64,000 bases of DNA from Mytilus edulis (taxonomy: Eukaryota). Location: assembly GCF_963676685.1 (NCBI RefSeq), contig NC_092350.1, positions 60,512,001-60,576,000 on the forward strand, given 5' to 3'. A program made the position numbers and the translations under genes. The notes under the pieces are model-generated. The model made no database searches. It saw only the letters and a list, made by a program, of their open reading frames with translations, and had not been told where the DNA came from. Of this stretch, positions 61,964 through 64,000 are shown one piece after another (the first letter of the stretch is position 1; each line of letters begins with the position of its first letter).

Positions 61964-63759
61964 ATGGTTGTGATGTATACAGCGTTGGTGTTGTTAATCT
62001 GTACTACTGTGTTGATGAAAGGTATTGTATTAATTATGTGTTATGATACACCTTTGAATAACAATGACACAATAATTCATCTATTTAAAATAAGAGTACG
62101 ATTTAGTAGTGGAATAGGATCACATTACTGGTTACTTGTGTCAGAAGCAAAGCACGTTCGTCGTTGATCAGACTATCAATTAACCCGTATAACTAAAACA
62201 TCCCTACAATCACAAGTTTTCATTTAAAAGGAAAATAACAAGATATAAAAGGGCAATGAAAAATTTATCAACAATGGAAAAAATTGATTCATTGTAGTTC
62301 ATTCTATCAAGTTAAAAAGAAACTAGACGAAAAGGATCATCTCTGCCTCGGAACATTACACAGAAAATCACCACAGTTTTAGCAGTATCAATCAAACTAT
62401 AAATAGATTGTACGTGCTAAAACTCTTACAATGAGCTACTGCACACATTATTGATAATTCTAATATGACATGCTTCTTTCGCTTTATGAATAAACCCATG
62501 CTCTAAATGCAATAAAAAATTGTTTGCACATGCGTATATTGACTACTGCAGAATAGTGAATTTTATCAAATTGGCATGCATTTAATTTATTTCATTAACT
62601 TAAAACACTTCCAAACTTCTAAATGATGCACATGTTGTAACTTACTAATTCATCTATTACGACTTTAATGTGTTGCATTCCGAAATTAATATATTTGACC
62701 CAGATACGACAACTTAATTGCTGGCTGTTCAAAATCTCCTCCCTCTGAAAAATCACAGTGCAAGCTGGTTGCTTCTTTACAAACAAAAAGGGAGGTTCAT
62801 GGAAGAGCCTACACAATCGCCCTACCCTTATACACATTGGACAAAGAAATTACCTTAATTGTACTAATCAGAATCGAAATAATTGATGCAAGCTATACTT
62901 TATTGTAGTTTTAACATGGGTAGGCATTATATTCGTGTTATTTTAGCCCTCACTACCGCTCGGGCAATAATCATCACGAATACAATAGAATACAATAAAG
63001 TATAGCTTGCATCAATTATTTCTTTAACTAAATCAAATGGTATATCGTTATTGGTAATAGGGCATTATAATTTGCGGATGTGTTTGAAAGATTATATGTA
63101 TGGTATGCACTGCAAATCAATGGAATTTTTTCAGTTAACGAATAGGTTTTTTTTTTATTTCTAAGTACATGTATATGAATTTCAGATATAAAGAATACAG
63201 ATATCACAACTTCTGCAGATGTTCATAAGACTAAAAACAGTGACTTAAAAGGTAGATCAAATAAGGACCACAATTATAATTTTGAAGAAATTGGTTTATC
63301 AGATAACAGGACGGATCTGCTGCCCAAAAACTGTAGTAATAGTACTACAAACTACAACTGTAAGCTGGCATTCATGAACTGCAGTATACACTGCATTAAG
63401 TGTGTATCACAAGGAGTATGTAAAGGATGTGAGGTAGGCTTCTATGGACAAACTTGTCACTTGAAATGCTTATTAAACTGTGGAGCTGATGGCTGTAATC
63501 AACACACAGGAAAATGCGACGGTAAGTTAATTTAGTGTACTACATAAAGTCAATTTCTAAATCTTCAATTAATTAATTTCTATCAGTATGATATAGACTA
63601 GTTCTCTCACTGATTTTCAAATAATCAACAAAAAGTTGTTTCATAAATACAAAAGTCAATTTTTGTAACTTTTGAAAAAATTGTTAATGTGCTTTATAGT
63701 AGTAGTAGTAAAAGTAGTTCAAAGATATAGTAGTAGTAGTAGAAGTAGCAGTAGTAGTT

Positions 63760-63841
<82 letters not shown>

Positions 63842-63984
63842 AAAAAAGGTAATGGTATTTGCTTTGACAGTAGAAATGATACGTTTGTTTATTGATGTGG
63901 TTTTTGTTGTTTTAGTTTCGATTTTATTATACCTAATCATCTGGTTACTATATATACTTTTAGGTTCTGGAGGAAATGATGACA
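61964..63984 (+). CDS. 5' part of secreted/membrane EGF-like-repeat protein (MEGF10/SCARF-like); continues beyond window
   Basis: Signal exon 61964-62021 (MVVMYTALVLLICTTVLMK), exon 63186-63521 (..CSIHCIKC..VCKGCEVGFYGQTCHLKCLLNCGADGCNQHTGKCD, GTAAGT donor) and a 21-nt exon 63964-63984; all phase 1. A possible extra exon at 62759-62860 has a weak donor. Confidence 0.75.
62876..63022. mobile_element. Hairpin MITE with perfect 32-bp terminal inverted repeat
   Basis: GAAATAATTGATGCAAGCTATACTTTATTGTA (62876-62907) and its exact reverse complement (62991-63022); inner TATTCGTG/CACGAATA pair. Confidence 0.85.
63697..63841. repeat. (AGT)n microsatellite
   Basis: Long AGT run, pure from ~63761 to 63840. 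Confidence 0.97.
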
Positions 63985-64000
63985 GTAAGTGTTAAATCAA

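Noticed and set aside
63672-63995. Poly-Ser / poly-Leu ORFs
   Set aside because: Artefacts of the (AGT)n microsatellite in an intron.

Overview
AT-rich, intron-containing animal genomic DNA; the repeat repertoire (retrozyme-type hammerhead repeats, Penelope-like elements, Deu-domain SINE, Helentron/Helitron derivatives) suggests a bivalve, probably Mytilus (inference). Main contents: (1) 368-6187 (-), a spliced ~1600-codon gene with three C2H2 fingers and P-element-like DDE transposase motifs, where a complete YqaJ/lambda-exonuclease domain sits between the first and second catalytic Asp; this copy is broken at 4958-5001. This is the most unusual feature. (2) Two tandem paralogous 4-coding-exon secreted F-type lectin + PAN/apple genes (15245-26672 and 40274-50337, both -), with divergence concentrated in the lectin loops and a non-canonical fucose motif. 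(3) An intact HTATIP2/TIP30 gene (53993-58283, -). (4) The 5' part of a secreted/membrane EGF-repeat gene (61964 to window end, +). (5) Many mobile elements: a LINE 3' end, a TIR element carrying a decayed Gypsy gag-protease, Penelope-like RT fragments, a 345-nt retrozyme unit, a probable CACTA remnant with a decayed accessory gene, Helitron/HINE copies, MITEs and SINE-like repeats. All calls come from manual reading and motif recognition; no database searches were run.
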